The translations under genes and the position numbers were made by a program. From positions 73,526 to 130,722 of the forward strand of contig CAZTJN010000002.1 of assembly GCA_964613955.1 (NCBI GenBank): a stretch of 57,197 nt of DNA. The letters run 5' to 3'. The DNA is from an uncultured archaeon. GTDB taxonomy: Archaea > Aenigmatarchaeota > Aenigmatarchaeia > QMZP01 > QMZT01. The notes below the pieces were generated by a model. The model did no database searches. It saw nothing but the letters and a program-made list of their open reading frames with translations, and had not been told where the DNA came from. Below are positions 8,464 to 17,021 of this stretch, piece by piece (position 1 is the first letter of the stretch; each line of letters begins with the position of its first letter).

Positions 8464-9936
8464 ATGGGAAAATTCGAAAGAATACATGAACTTGCCGACC
8501 GAAGAGGTTTATTCTTCCCGTCCGCGGAAATTCATACCCCCCTCTCCGGGTTTTGGGATTTCGGCCATCTCGGGACCGTGCTCCGGAGGAAAATAGTCGA
8601 TCTCTGGAGAAAGGAGGTCGTTCGCAGAACCGATTCCATCGAAATAGAAGGATGTGTGGTACTCCCCAAAAGGAATTTCGAGGCTTCCGGCCATTTGAAG
8701 AGCTTTGTCGACCCGTTGATTCAATGCAAGAAATGCCACAAAATTTTCAGAGCGGACAAGCTGATAGAAAACGCGGGCAAAAAGGAGGTTCCTGAGGCAC
8801 TGGATGCGAAGGAATTCGACATACTCATAAAAAAATTCAAAATCTGTTGCCCGGAATGTAATGGAACGCTAACGAAGGTGAAAAAATTCAACATGATGAT
8901 AGGAACTTCCATAGGTCCGTTATCCAAGGAATATAACGCTTATCTGCGGCCGGAGACCTGTCAGAACATATTCACCGCCTTCAGAAAGATTTATAAAACC
9001 GCACGTGTATCCCTCCCTCTGGGAATATCGCAAGCGGGAAGGGCATTCAGAAACGAGATTTCACCCAGGCAGGGCCTCGTTAGAACTCGGGAATTTACGC
9101 AGCTGGAAACAGAGGTATTCTTTAATCCAAAAAAAATCAACGACTTTTCTGGTTTTGAACATTACAAAAAATTTAAACTTCGGCTAAAGCTCTTGGGTAA
9201 GGAGAAAACAGAGGCTGTATCCTTGGCTGATGCAGTTAAGAAAGGCATAGTATCAGGCAAGCTTATTGCTTATTATCTCGCAATAACTCAGCAATTTTTC
9301 GAAAAGGCAGGTTTTGACCCAAGGCTTATCCGCTTCCGCGAACTCGAAGATAAAGCGAAGGCCTTCTATTCGAAGGAAACATGGGATTTCGAAGTAAAGA
9401 CGAGTGTGGGATGGCTCGAACTCGTTGCGTGCAACTACCGGACGGATTTCGATCTCTCCTCCCATTCGAAAATTTCGGGCGTTGATCTTTCGGTGGTTGA
9501 AGATGGTGAGAAGTTTACCCCGCATATTTTCGAACTTTCCATGGGGCTGGACCGCATATTTTACGCGGTGCTTGAAAATTCCCTTTCGGAGAGGAACGGA
9601 AAACCTGTCCTGAAGTTCCCATGTCACCTCACACCCCTGGATGTGGTGATATTCCCGCTGGTTCGAAAAGACGGGATTGACAGGAAAGCGAAGGAAATAC
9701 ACGAACTTCTTAAAACCAAGTTCGAAACCAAATACGATGAGAAGCAGTCGATCGGCAAGCGTTACGTCATATACGACCAGCTCGGTGTTCCGCTGGCAAT
9801 AACCGTTGATTACGATTCGTTGAAAAAGAATGACGTGACCCTGCGCGACCGTGATTCCATGAAACAGATACGCGTGAAGATAAAAGACCTGGAACCCAGA
9901 ATAAGCGATTTCTTTGAGGGCAAAGAAATATTCTAA
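8464..9936 (+). CDS. glyS: Glycyl-tRNA synthetase (archaeal/eukaryal alpha2 type)
   Basis: 490 aa. Sequences RGLFFPSAEIHTPLSGFWDFGHLG, FRNEISPR and ELSMGLDR match the class II GlyRS core and its anticodon-binding C-terminus. Confidence 0.95.
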   Translation: MGKFERIHELADRRGLFFPSAEIHTPLSGFWDFGHLGTVLRRKIVDLWRKEVVRRTDSIEIEGCVVLPKRNFEASGHLKSFVDPLIQCKKCHKIFRADKLIENAGKKEVPEALDAKEFDILIKKFKICCPECNGTLTKVKKFNMMIGTSIGPLSKEYNAYLRPETCQNIFTAFRKIYKTARVSLPLGISQAGRAFRNEISPRQGLVRTREFTQLETEVFFNPKKINDFSGFEHYKKFKLRLKLLGKEKTEAVSLADAVKKGIVSGKLIAYYLAITQQFFEKAGFDPRLIRFRELEDKAKAFYSKETWDFEVKTSVGWLELVACNYRTDFDLSSHSKISGVDLSVVEDGEKFTPHIFELSMGLDRIFYAVLENSLSERNGKPVLKFPCHLTPLDVVIFPLVRKDGIDRKAKEIHELLKTKFETKYDEKQSIGKRYVIYDQLGVPLAITVDYDSLKKNDVTLRDRDSMKQIRVKIKDLEPRISDFFEGKEIF

Positions 9937-11018
9937 TATCCCCTTTCCCTTTCCAGCTTTTTATGAACCCCCCTCTCTATCTTTTCTAGGAACAGTTTCA
10001 TCGCCTTCGTTGGGTCCCATTCGTGGTCGCTTGCGTAGAAATTCCCTCTTTCTGTAACGAACCTGCCCTGGACAGAGTACTTGCTTCGCCTTCCGCCTGT
10101 TTTATGCGTTTCTACATGTATTGCGACGTACCTCAAGGGAACGATTTTCAGCAGTTTTGTGATGGTGTTATCAACCATTTCATCTATTTTCGATTTTATG
10201 AATGCATCCTCTTTATCCAGACCACTGATTCTCACATACACGGTTTCCAGAGACTTTCCTATCAACTTGAATATATCCTTTATCGTGATCATCCCTGCAA
10301 ATTTTTCATCCTTCTCGACTATCACCACAGAAAAACTTTCCTTTGAAAGTTTTTTTGCTATTTGTTTTAGGTCTGTTTCCGGGTCTACGCGCAGCACGTC
10401 ACTTCTCAGGAATTCTCCTATACCAATTTCACCCGATCCTTTCTTGTCACCGAACCTCTCCCCCCTCTTTGCTCTATGCCCATCAACCAAAAACCTTGCA
10501 AGGCTCACATTGTCTGCGAGACCAACAAATTTCCCGTTTTCATCAAGTACCGGTATTCTGTCTGTACCCACATCCTTCATCACAGAAATAATTGTTAAGA
10601 GCGTGTCATCACTTGTTGCGCAATAAGGAAAGCGCATAACATCCTTTGCCTTCTTCCCCTCAAAAACCTCGTCTTTAATGAAGTTTAACAGTTTTGGTTT
10701 TGATATGGAAAAAATATTCCCCCCTTTCTTTACGGGAAGGGATTTGTGTTCGCTCACCAGCATGTAGTTGATTAAGTTTTCAACAGGGTCATCGACATCG
10801 AAGGGGTTTACAGGTTTCATGAAGCGAGAAACCTTTACCTGATGGGACTCGCTTATTCGTCTTTTAACTATGTCATTCAGGCTGATTATCCCCCTTAGCT
10901 CGCCATCAAAGACAAAGGCCTCGTATTTCCCCCTCTTTGCCATTTCTGAAGTCACATGAGAAAGCGTGTCATCCGGCTTGACTAGGAAGGCCTTCTCGAG
11001 CACGCTCTCCATTTTCAT
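9933..11018 (-). CDS. CBS-domain protein (two CBS pairs) with a C-terminal HPF/RaiA (S30AE)-like domain
   Basis: 361 aa. Repeated CBS-like segments occupy residues ~1-250. The C-terminal ~100 aa (VYVRISGL..IHVETHKTGGRRSKYSVQGRFVTERGNFYASDHEWDPTKAMKLFLEKIERGVHKKLER) follow the ribosome-hibernation-factor pattern. The HPF call is by eye only. Confidence 0.6.
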   Translation of the reverse strand: MKMESVLEKAFLVKPDDTLSHVTSEMAKRGKYEAFVFDGELRGIISLNDIVKRRISESHQVKVSRFMKPVNPFDVDDPVENLINYMLVSEHKSLPVKKGGNIFSISKPKLLNFIKDEVFEGKKAKDVMRFPYCATSDDTLLTIISVMKDVGTDRIPVLDENGKFVGLADNVSLARFLVDGHRAKRGERFGDKKGSGEIGIGEFLRSDVLRVDPETDLKQIAKKLSKESFSVVIVEKDEKFAGMITIKDIFKLIGKSLETVYVRISGLDKEDAFIKSKIDEMVDNTITKLLKIVPLRYVAIHVETHKTGGRRSKYSVQGRFVTERGNFYASDHEWDPTKAMKLFLEKIERGVHKKLERERGY

Positions 11019-11022
11019 AAAA

Positions 11023-11223
11023 TCACAGTCCGCTTTTCTTTATTCTCTTTATCTCTTTTGTTATGTATCCTGCAAGAATATTCCTTATCTTTTTGGACTT
11101 TATGTCCTTGATTTCATTCAGAACCTCTTTGTTTTTTTCAAAGCTGTCAGTGAAGAGATTTCCGTGCTCTCTTATTATTTGGTTTCCCATCACCTTTATC
11201 GCTACCGTTTTTATTCTGCCCAC
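11023..11223 (-). CDS. rps17e: 30S ribosomal protein S17e
   Basis: VGRIKTVAIKVMGNQIIREH..FEKNKEVLNEI..SKKIRNILAGYITKEIKR matches S17e. I place the start at GTG 11223, preceded by GGTGATAAC. The ORF track extends to ATG 11250. Confidence 0.85.
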   Translation of the reverse strand: MGRIKTVAIKVMGNQIIREHGNLFTDSFEKNKEVLNEIKDIKSKKIRNILAGYITKEIKRIKKSGL

Positions 11224-11266
11224 GTTATCACCACATGATTTCCATAACATAATTTCTTTACGTTGT

Positions 11267-11277
11267 TATTTAAAAAT
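11267..11277 (-). promoter_or_regulatory. TATA-like box for rps17e
   Basis: The minus strand reads TTTTTAAATAA about 45 nt upstream of GTG 11223. This would give a short leader that contains the GGTGAT Shine-Dalgarno box. Confidence 0.35.
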
Positions 11278-11303
11278 GGATAATCCTTTGTGCTTTGCAT
11301 ATT

Positions 11304-12197
11304 TTACACAATACCTGCTTCGCCCCCCGGCATCTGGAATATGTTTATCTGGAACTGCCCAAGGAGGGTGAATATCGTGTATCCTATGATCACAAGGACC
11401 AGAGAATGCTTGAACCCGGCTACCAAAGAGCCCTCGGCCATCTTACCGGTTGCCAGGCCCGCAAAGAAACCCTGTACGATAATGAAATTTACGAACGTCT
11501 GGGAATATATTTCACTCGGCAGTTGCGGTGACTCTTCATCCAGACCTGCGACGGTTGCGGTGCCCAAAGCAGGAATCAGAAACGCCTTGAGCACGACCAA
11601 AATAAACACGAAGACGAAGAATATTAGGTAAGAAGTCACGATCTGCGACTGAACTGAAGCGGTCCTCTCCTGCTTTATCTTGTTTATTTCAATAAGCGAT
11701 TGCCCTATAGCGCGTAAAGTGTCCGAAATTTTACCACCGACTTTGTACGTTTCTATTATGGTTCCCACAGACCTCTTTATAGGGACCGACCTCACCTTTA
11801 AGGCGAACATGGAAAGTGCCTGTTCGAAGGGGACACCCCAATCCACCTTGCTGTGTATTTCCTTGACATATGGTGTTAACACGCCGTAACTCCTTTGTGC
11901 TGAATGTTTCAATGCGATTGGCAGTGTCATGCCTGAGTCTATCGCTTCTGTCAAATCGGAAATAAACATAATAAACTGCTCTTCTATTTCCTTTCCCAGT
12001 TTGTACCTCGAATAAAACAGAAGGAAGGGGGGGATTATCGCTATCAGCGCCCCTATCATGTTGAGCAGAGGACTTATGAAAGGGAAAATCTCTGAAACCA
12101 GCAGGAAATTTAAGATTAATACAGCAACGCCTATGGCAACGAACATACCCTCGAACACAAATATCTTAAGGTCTTTTGCATCCCATCTCATACTCAT
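11304..12197 (-). CDS. Type II secretion system F-domain membrane protein (TadC/EpdK-like pilus platform subunit)
   Basis: Polytopic, with one T2SSF-like cytoplasmic domain between TM segments. It is paralogous to 50487..51440. I place the start at ATG 12197, which overlaps the upstream stop as TGATG. The ORF track extends to 12266. Confidence 0.8.
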   Translation of the reverse strand: MSMRWDAKDLKIFVFEGMFVAIGVAVLILNFLLVSEIFPFISPLLNMIGALIAIIPPFLLFYSRYKLGKEIEEQFIMFISDLTEAIDSGMTLPIALKHSAQRSYGVLTPYVKEIHSKVDWGVPFEQALSMFALKVRSVPIKRSVGTIIETYKVGGKISDTLRAIGQSLIEINKIKQERTASVQSQIVTSYLIFFVFVFILVVLKAFLIPALGTATVAGLDEESPQLPSEIYSQTFVNFIIVQGFFAGLATGKMAEGSLVAGFKHSLVLVIIGYTIFTLLGQFQINIFQMPGGEAGIV

Positions 12198-13075
12198 CAA
12201 ATCCCCGGATAGGTTACATGGATGAACACCAAATAACACACGTTGAGTGTCGGCAGTATCACCCATGTTATGAGCAGCATGATATCCTGTATGCCGAAAC
12301 CCAACACCTGACCGCCTATTATGCTCATTGTTGCCAGCAAGGCAAGCATCATCAGCGGCGCTGCAACAAGCAAGGCCGTGTATATGTCAGCGTACGTCGA
12401 AAGCGTTTTAAGGTATTTTTCCCTCTTTATCCTGTAATCAAAAAGCGCTTTATCGGCCATTTCCCTCAGATACTCTATGAGGTTCCCTCCTGTCTCAATT
12501 GTTGAAACTATGCCCAAAAGAAGCTCTCTGAACTCCTGTGAAGGCGTGCGTTCACCCACGTTTTTTATCGCGTCGACACTGCTCATACCGAATGTTTTTA
12601 TATTCCTTATTATGAGCCTTGATTCCTCTGCTATTCCACCGTATTCCTTGAAGCCCATGAGCAATTCAAATATGAACTCAGTTGGTATTCCCGAGGAAGC
12701 AATGGCGGCCATGTGGGTGATGGCGAACGGAAGATTATTTTCTATGTTGTTTTTCCTCGATTTCTCCTTCTGGATTGGATAAAGGTAAAAAATTATGAAT
12801 GCTACCGAAGAGACGAAGACAGGGAAGAATATGATGGTAAACAGGTAGATATAAAATTCAACTTCTATGAAGAAAGTTAACAAAACAAAGGTCACGGTAA
12901 ATGTTATTATGAAGAGCAAGACGGTGGTAAAGAGTATAAGGGAGACCCACGTCTTCAGAAGAATTTTCATGTTCGCGTTCTTTATGTGGGGTTCAAGCGT
13001 TTTGAACGAGTCTATATATTTTTCGGTGACACCTCCAAAAAAGACCATTGCCAGCCTTTTGTAGAATGAATACAT
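12197..13075 (-). CDS. Type II secretion system F-domain membrane protein (TadB/EpdJ-like pilus platform subunit)
   Basis: 292 aa with one T2SSF-like domain (LPFAITHMAAIASSGIP...) flanked by TM helices. It is paralogous to 51442..52380. Confidence 0.8.
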   Translation of the reverse strand: MYSFYKRLAMVFFGGVTEKYIDSFKTLEPHIKNANMKILLKTWVSLILFTTVLLFIITFTVTFVLLTFFIEVEFYIYLFTIIFFPVFVSSVAFIIFYLYPIQKEKSRKNNIENNLPFAITHMAAIASSGIPTEFIFELLMGFKEYGGIAEESRLIIRNIKTFGMSSVDAIKNVGERTPSQEFRELLLGIVSTIETGGNLIEYLREMADKALFDYRIKREKYLKTLSTYADIYTALLVAAPLMMLALLATMSIIGGQVLGFGIQDIMLLITWVILPTLNVCYLVFIHVTYPGI

Positions 13076-13110
13076 AATAATTTATTTGCTTTGATTTCAT
13101 AAAAATAAAC

Positions 13111-13119
13111 TTTTAAATA
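13111..13119 (+). promoter_or_regulatory. TATA box for SRP RNA
   Basis: TTTTAAATA is centred about 25 nt upstream of the first base of the terminal helix (13139/13140). Confidence 0.45.
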
Positions 13120-13138
13120 CCGTTTTCCAAAAGAAAGA

Positions 13139-13490
13139 TGGTAGGGACTAGACTGGGAGGTTAGGCGTCTCCTGTAACCATAAACCGCCTTCATGATGGA
13201 GTCGAAACCCGAGGGCGATATTGAGATGCCAATGGGCCCTTAATCCCAACTGGGAAGCTCTGTCCTTCAGGGTTTTTAGAGGTTGACGGCCTGAAAATCA
13301 ATCAAAGCCGTCTTCCGAAAAATATAATGAACCGGGTCAGGGTCGGAAAGTTTGACACGTGAAGCGTGCCAACCCGAAAGACAGCAGCCCTAAGTTATAT
13401 TAACGACGCTTGAAGGGTAGCGGAGTGGAGGAGGGTTTAAGGATAAACTTATTGGCGGATCAATATCCACCAAGGGTGTGTCCCTACCAC
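13139..13490 (+). ncRNA. Signal recognition particle RNA (7S/SRP RNA)
   Basis: The 5' GGTAGGGAC (13140-13148) pairs with the 3' GTCCCTACC (13480-13488). CTGGGAGGTTAGGCGTCTCCTGTAACCATAAACCGCC and GTCGAAACCCGAGGGCG closely resemble the Pyrococcus-type Alu domain as I recall it (GGGGGGUUCGGCGUCCCCUGUAACCGGAAACCGCC.., GCCGAAGCCCGAGGGGCG). Helix-8-like elements GGTCAGGGTCGGAAAG and ACAGCAGCC are present. A TATA box lies upstream and a T-run downstream. Confidence 0.85.
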
Positions 13491-13500
13491 TTTTCTTTTC
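13491..13500 (+). terminator. Oligo-T terminator after SRP RNA
   Basis: ttttcttttc follows directly after the closing helix. Confidence 0.4.
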
Positions 13501-13545
13501 CTTTCTGCCCAAGTCAATATAAAATCCAAAAACAATATTATCAAT

Positions 13546-14331
13546 ATGTACAGAAGAGCACGAAAGTTCACTGGACTGAAAATAGCAGTTTCGATTATTC
13601 TCATACTTCTTGTGTTTCTTGCAGGTTACTATACAGGGAACCGGTTGACAGAAACAGTTGTGATATACGAGAATCACACCAAACCTGCCAACATCGTTAC
13701 ATACGTACCATACGCGGGAAAAAACGCATCTTATGCTTCGATTATGGTTCCTGCAGTCGACGAAAACGGTGAGGGACTGACAACGGTTCTGAACGTCCAG
13801 ATAGTCCCTGGTTCAGGAAAAATCCTTGCCAACATAGACAGGCTCTTGTTCTGGACAGATACGCAGAACTCAATTCGTACGTCAACGAAGGTAGCATCCA
13901 ATACAACAGGAATAAATCTTTCGAAGTACGACATAATTTACACCATAGAGACAGAGGCGACAGCTGTCGAAGGTCCCTCTGCCGGCGCTGCCCTGACGAT
14001 AGCTACCATAGCCGCTTTGGATGGTAAAAGACTCAATCCTAAGGTCACGATAACAGGGGCGATAAACCATGACGGGACGATCGGACCCGTGGGGGAGATA
14101 CTCCCGAAGGCAAAAGCTGCTAAGGAAGCGGGAGCGAAACTTTTCCTTGTCCCCCTCCTCCACTCCAAAGAGGTGACGTACAAGACGAAGAAATACTGCG
14201 AACAAATCGGAATCTCGCAGATATGCACTACAGAGAAGATACCTGTGGAAGTCAACATCTCAGACGAGGCCGGGATCGAGGTTATCGAAGTGAGAACAGT
14301 AAAAGAGGCGCTGAATTATTTCTTGGAATAG
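13546..14331 (+). CDS. Membrane-anchored Lon-like (S16) serine protease domain protein without an ATPase module
   Basis: N-terminal TM segment (IAVSIILILLVFLAGYY). The Lon proteolytic-domain signature EGPSAGAALTIATIAAL...TGAINHDGTIGPVGEILPKAKAAKEAG contains the Ser-Lys dyad context. Confidence 0.8.
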   Translation: MYRRARKFTGLKIAVSIILILLVFLAGYYTGNRLTETVVIYENHTKPANIVTYVPYAGKNASYASIMVPAVDENGEGLTTVLNVQIVPGSGKILANIDRLLFWTDTQNSIRTSTKVASNTTGINLSKYDIIYTIETEATAVEGPSAGAALTIATIAALDGKRLNPKVTITGAINHDGTIGPVGEILPKAKAAKEAGAKLFLVPLLHSKEVTYKTKKYCEQIGISQICTTEKIPVEVNISDEAGIEVIEVRTVKEALNYFLE

Positions 14332-14366
14332 TTTATTTTTTAATCCATTCTGGTAATTTATTGTTT

Positions 14367-15143
14367 ATGATTGATATACATGCCCATCTCTGTTTCCCGG
14401 AATATGACAGAGACAGGGAAGAAGTGATAGATAAATGCAAGAAAGAACTTGCCGGTGTAATAGTCAGTTCCGCCCGTTATAGAGAAGGCCTTCAGGTTCT
14501 GGATATTGTCGACAAATACAAAGGCTTCCTTTTTGCCACACTTGGATACCACCCGACTGAAGGGACGGAATTTGAAAGGACAATAAAACTGATAAAGGCA
14601 AATTCTGAAAGAATCGTGGGCGTGGGAGAAGTGGGCATGGATTATCACTGGGAGAAAGATACAGAAAAACGCAGAGAGCAGAAAGAAAAATTCGCAAAGT
14701 TCATAGAGCTCGCACGAAAACTTTCGAAACCCTTGGTTATCCACTCATGGGATGCGGAACGCGAATGTTTCGAGATGGTCAAAGATTCCCACGCGAATAT
14801 AATATTCCATTGTTTTTCAGGTAACAGGGAGCTCGCAAAAGAAATAGTTTCCCGCGGATTTTACATTTCAATTTCAACCATGGTCCTCTTCTCGAAGAAC
14901 ATACGTAAAATCGCAAAGGACATGCCTCTGGACAGATTCCTTCTCGAAACGGATTCCCCCTTCCTCTCACCAGACAAGGCGAAGGACCCGAGAAACTATC
15001 CGTGGAACATAAAATTATCCGCAGAAAAGATTGCGGAGATAAAGGGAACGTTGAAAGAAGAGATTCTCGAAAACGCAAAAATGAACGCTATCAAGGCTTT
15101 TAATTTAAAACCGACAAATCATAATTTCTATGTGAAAACATGA
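14367..15143 (+). CDS. tatD: TatD-family metal-dependent hydrolase/DNase
   Basis: MIDIHAHL.., GEVGMDYHW, VIHSWDA and ETDSPFLSP motifs. I place the start at ATG 14367. The ORF track's 14223 start would overlap the upstream gene. Confidence 0.9.
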   Translation: MIDIHAHLCFPEYDRDREEVIDKCKKELAGVIVSSARYREGLQVLDIVDKYKGFLFATLGYHPTEGTEFERTIKLIKANSERIVGVGEVGMDYHWEKDTEKRREQKEKFAKFIELARKLSKPLVIHSWDAERECFEMVKDSHANIIFHCFSGNRELAKEIVSRGFYISISTMVLFSKNIRKIAKDMPLDRFLLETDSPFLSPDKAKDPRNYPWNIKLSAEKIAEIKGTLKEEILENAKMNAIKAFNLKPTNHNFYVKT

Positions 15144-16339
15144 TAAAAGAGACGGCCGTGAAAATACTGAAAGAGGGATATGTCTGCGATCACTGTCTGG
15201 GAAGACAGTTCGCGAGTTTGCTCAGTGGTTATACGAACGATGAGCGTGGAAGGTTCATACGCAGCTTCCTTGCAATGGAATACGAGGTGAAGCCTTTCAA
15301 AGTGAGCCTTCCGAACTTTTACGGTTTCAGGTTCAGGAAAAGAGAGATAAAGGCAAATAAACCAGGTAGTTGTGTAGTTTGCAAAAACCTGTTCGAAAGA
15401 CTCCCGGAATTTGCCAAGGATGCAAAAAGAAAACTGAAACCCATTGATTTTAAGACGTTCATGGTCGGGGTCAAGATGAGCGATTCACTTGCCATTGCGG
15501 AGGAATCTCTCTGGGAAAAATCAGGAATTGCATACTGTGAATCGCTGAAATCCGAAATTAACAGGGAACTGGGGAAACTCATAGAGAAAGAGACAGGCAA
15601 GGTGGCCGATGAAAAGAAACCTGATGTTATTGTAATGCTCAACCTGCAGAACAAACGCATAGAAATCACAATCAATCCCATGTACGTCTACGGCATGTAC
15701 AAAAAATTCGCTAGGGGTATACCCCAGACCAAGATAAGTGGATACAGGTACAGCGTGGCAGACATGATAGCGAGGCCCCTCATCAAATTCACAAAGGGTT
15801 CTGGTTACAGGATGCATGCATGCGGAAGGGAGGATATGAAGGCGAGATGTCTGGCCTGGAGGCCGTTCATTCTTGATATCAGCCAGCCGTTAAAACGTGA
15901 AATAAACATGAAAAATATTGAAAGGGTCATAAACAAGGGCAGGAAAGTGAAGGTTAAGGGTCTAAGATGTTCCTCTGCCAAGGAGATAGTCGAACTTAAA
16001 AAAAGGAAGATGGAAAAGGTTTACAGCGTAAAAGTCAGCTTCAAAAACCCTGTCGAAGGTATAGAGAGAGTTAAAAAAATTGTGGGTATCGTAAGTCAGA
16101 GGACGCCCAAAAGGATTTTGCATGCACAACCCGACAAAGTGAGATACAAAAAGGTTAAAAATATTAGATGGAAAAAGATAAGTACTAAAACATATGAATT
16201 TAAAATACGAATGGACGCTGGTTTATACATAAAGGAACTTGTTACCGGTGATAACGGAAGGACCAAACCGTCAATATCCGGGCTGCTGAAAAATGACGGA
16301 AGGGTTGAAGAATTTGACGTTATAAAGATAGTGATGTGA
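15140..16339 (+). CDS. pus10: tRNA pseudouridine(54/55) synthase Pus10
   Basis: N-terminal zinc-ribbon CDHCLGRQFA..CVVCKN, then THUMP-like and catalytic regions. The 399-aa length fits. The start overlaps the tatD stop as ATGA. Confidence 0.9.
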   Translation: MIKETAVKILKEGYVCDHCLGRQFASLLSGYTNDERGRFIRSFLAMEYEVKPFKVSLPNFYGFRFRKREIKANKPGSCVVCKNLFERLPEFAKDAKRKLKPIDFKTFMVGVKMSDSLAIAEESLWEKSGIAYCESLKSEINRELGKLIEKETGKVADEKKPDVIVMLNLQNKRIEITINPMYVYGMYKKFARGIPQTKISGYRYSVADMIARPLIKFTKGSGYRMHACGREDMKARCLAWRPFILDISQPLKREINMKNIERVINKGRKVKVKGLRCSSAKEIVELKKRKMEKVYSVKVSFKNPVEGIERVKKIVGIVSQRTPKRILHAQPDKVRYKKVKNIRWKKISTKTYEFKIRMDAGLYIKELVTGDNGRTKPSISGLLKNDGRVEEFDVIKIVM

Positions 16340-16343
16340 AAAA

Positions 16344-16634
16344 ATGGTTAAAAAGAGCAGAGGTCTAAGAAGAAAAACGAGAAGAAAGTTGAAGAGCAAT
16401 GTGAAAGACAAATTCACGGTTGCCCCCTACCTACAAGAATTCAAGAGAGGGGACGAGGTAGTTATAAAGTTAAACCCATCTTCCCATAAGGGATTCCCTG
16501 ATCCCGTATTTGAAGGGAGAAAGGGGGAGATCAAAGAAAAGAGAGGAAGAGCATACGTGGTCAGTCTCCGCATTGGTAAAAAAACCAAAAATATAATAGC
16601 AAGACCGGAACATTTAATATCCAAATCCGGATAA
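16344..16634 (+). CDS. rpl21e: 50S ribosomal protein L21e
   Basis: MVKKSRGLRRKTRRKL..FKRGDEVVIKLNPS..GRKGEI. The length of 96 aa is typical. Confidence 0.9.
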   Translation: MVKKSRGLRRKTRRKLKSNVKDKFTVAPYLQEFKRGDEVVIKLNPSSHKGFPDPVFEGRKGEIKEKRGRAYVVSLRIGKKTKNIIARPEHLISKSG

Positions 16635-16650
16635 ATTAAAAGGTGGTTTC

Positions 16651-16977
16651 ATGGAAGTGAATGATGAGAAGGTAACCAATTGGGTCGAGGTCAAGAAAAT
16701 ACTTTTGAAAAAGGAGAAAGAAAATGAACTTGGGTACGAACAGAAAAATGCTCTCGACCATTTAAGGAAATTCTGCAAAATATCAGAAGCAAAGGCAAAC
16801 AAGATAATAAGCGAACTAAGGCAGATAGAGAAGCTTAAAGACAAACATATTGCCAACATAGTGAATTTTTTACCTGAAAACCAGGAAGAACTGAGGATAC
16901 TGTTCGCTAACGAGAGGGTAGTCTTGACAGATGAAGATAAAAAGAAGATACTTAAAATTGTGAAAGACAATAGGTAA
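16651..16977 (+). CDS. rpoF: DNA-directed RNA polymerase subunit Rpo4/F
   Basis: YEQKNALDHLRKF...NIVNFLPENQEELRILFANE fits RpoF. It sits in the conserved rpl21e-rpoF-DUF655 context. Confidence 0.85.
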   Translation: MEVNDEKVTNWVEVKKILLKKEKENELGYEQKNALDHLRKFCKISEAKANKIISELRQIEKLKDKHIANIVNFLPENQEELRILFANERVVLTDEDKKKILKIVKDNR

Positions 16978-17021
16978 TATATTATAAACCCAAATTCTAT
17001 TTTAATATTGAGGCAGATAAC

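Noticed and set aside
13139-13490. Possible RNase P RNA (long closing helix, GGAAAGT and ACAG elements)
   Set aside because: The CR-I-like and CR-V-like strings are only ~35 nt apart, and no GAGGAAAGUCC consensus is present. The Alu-domain sequence and helix-8-like motifs fit SRP RNA much better.
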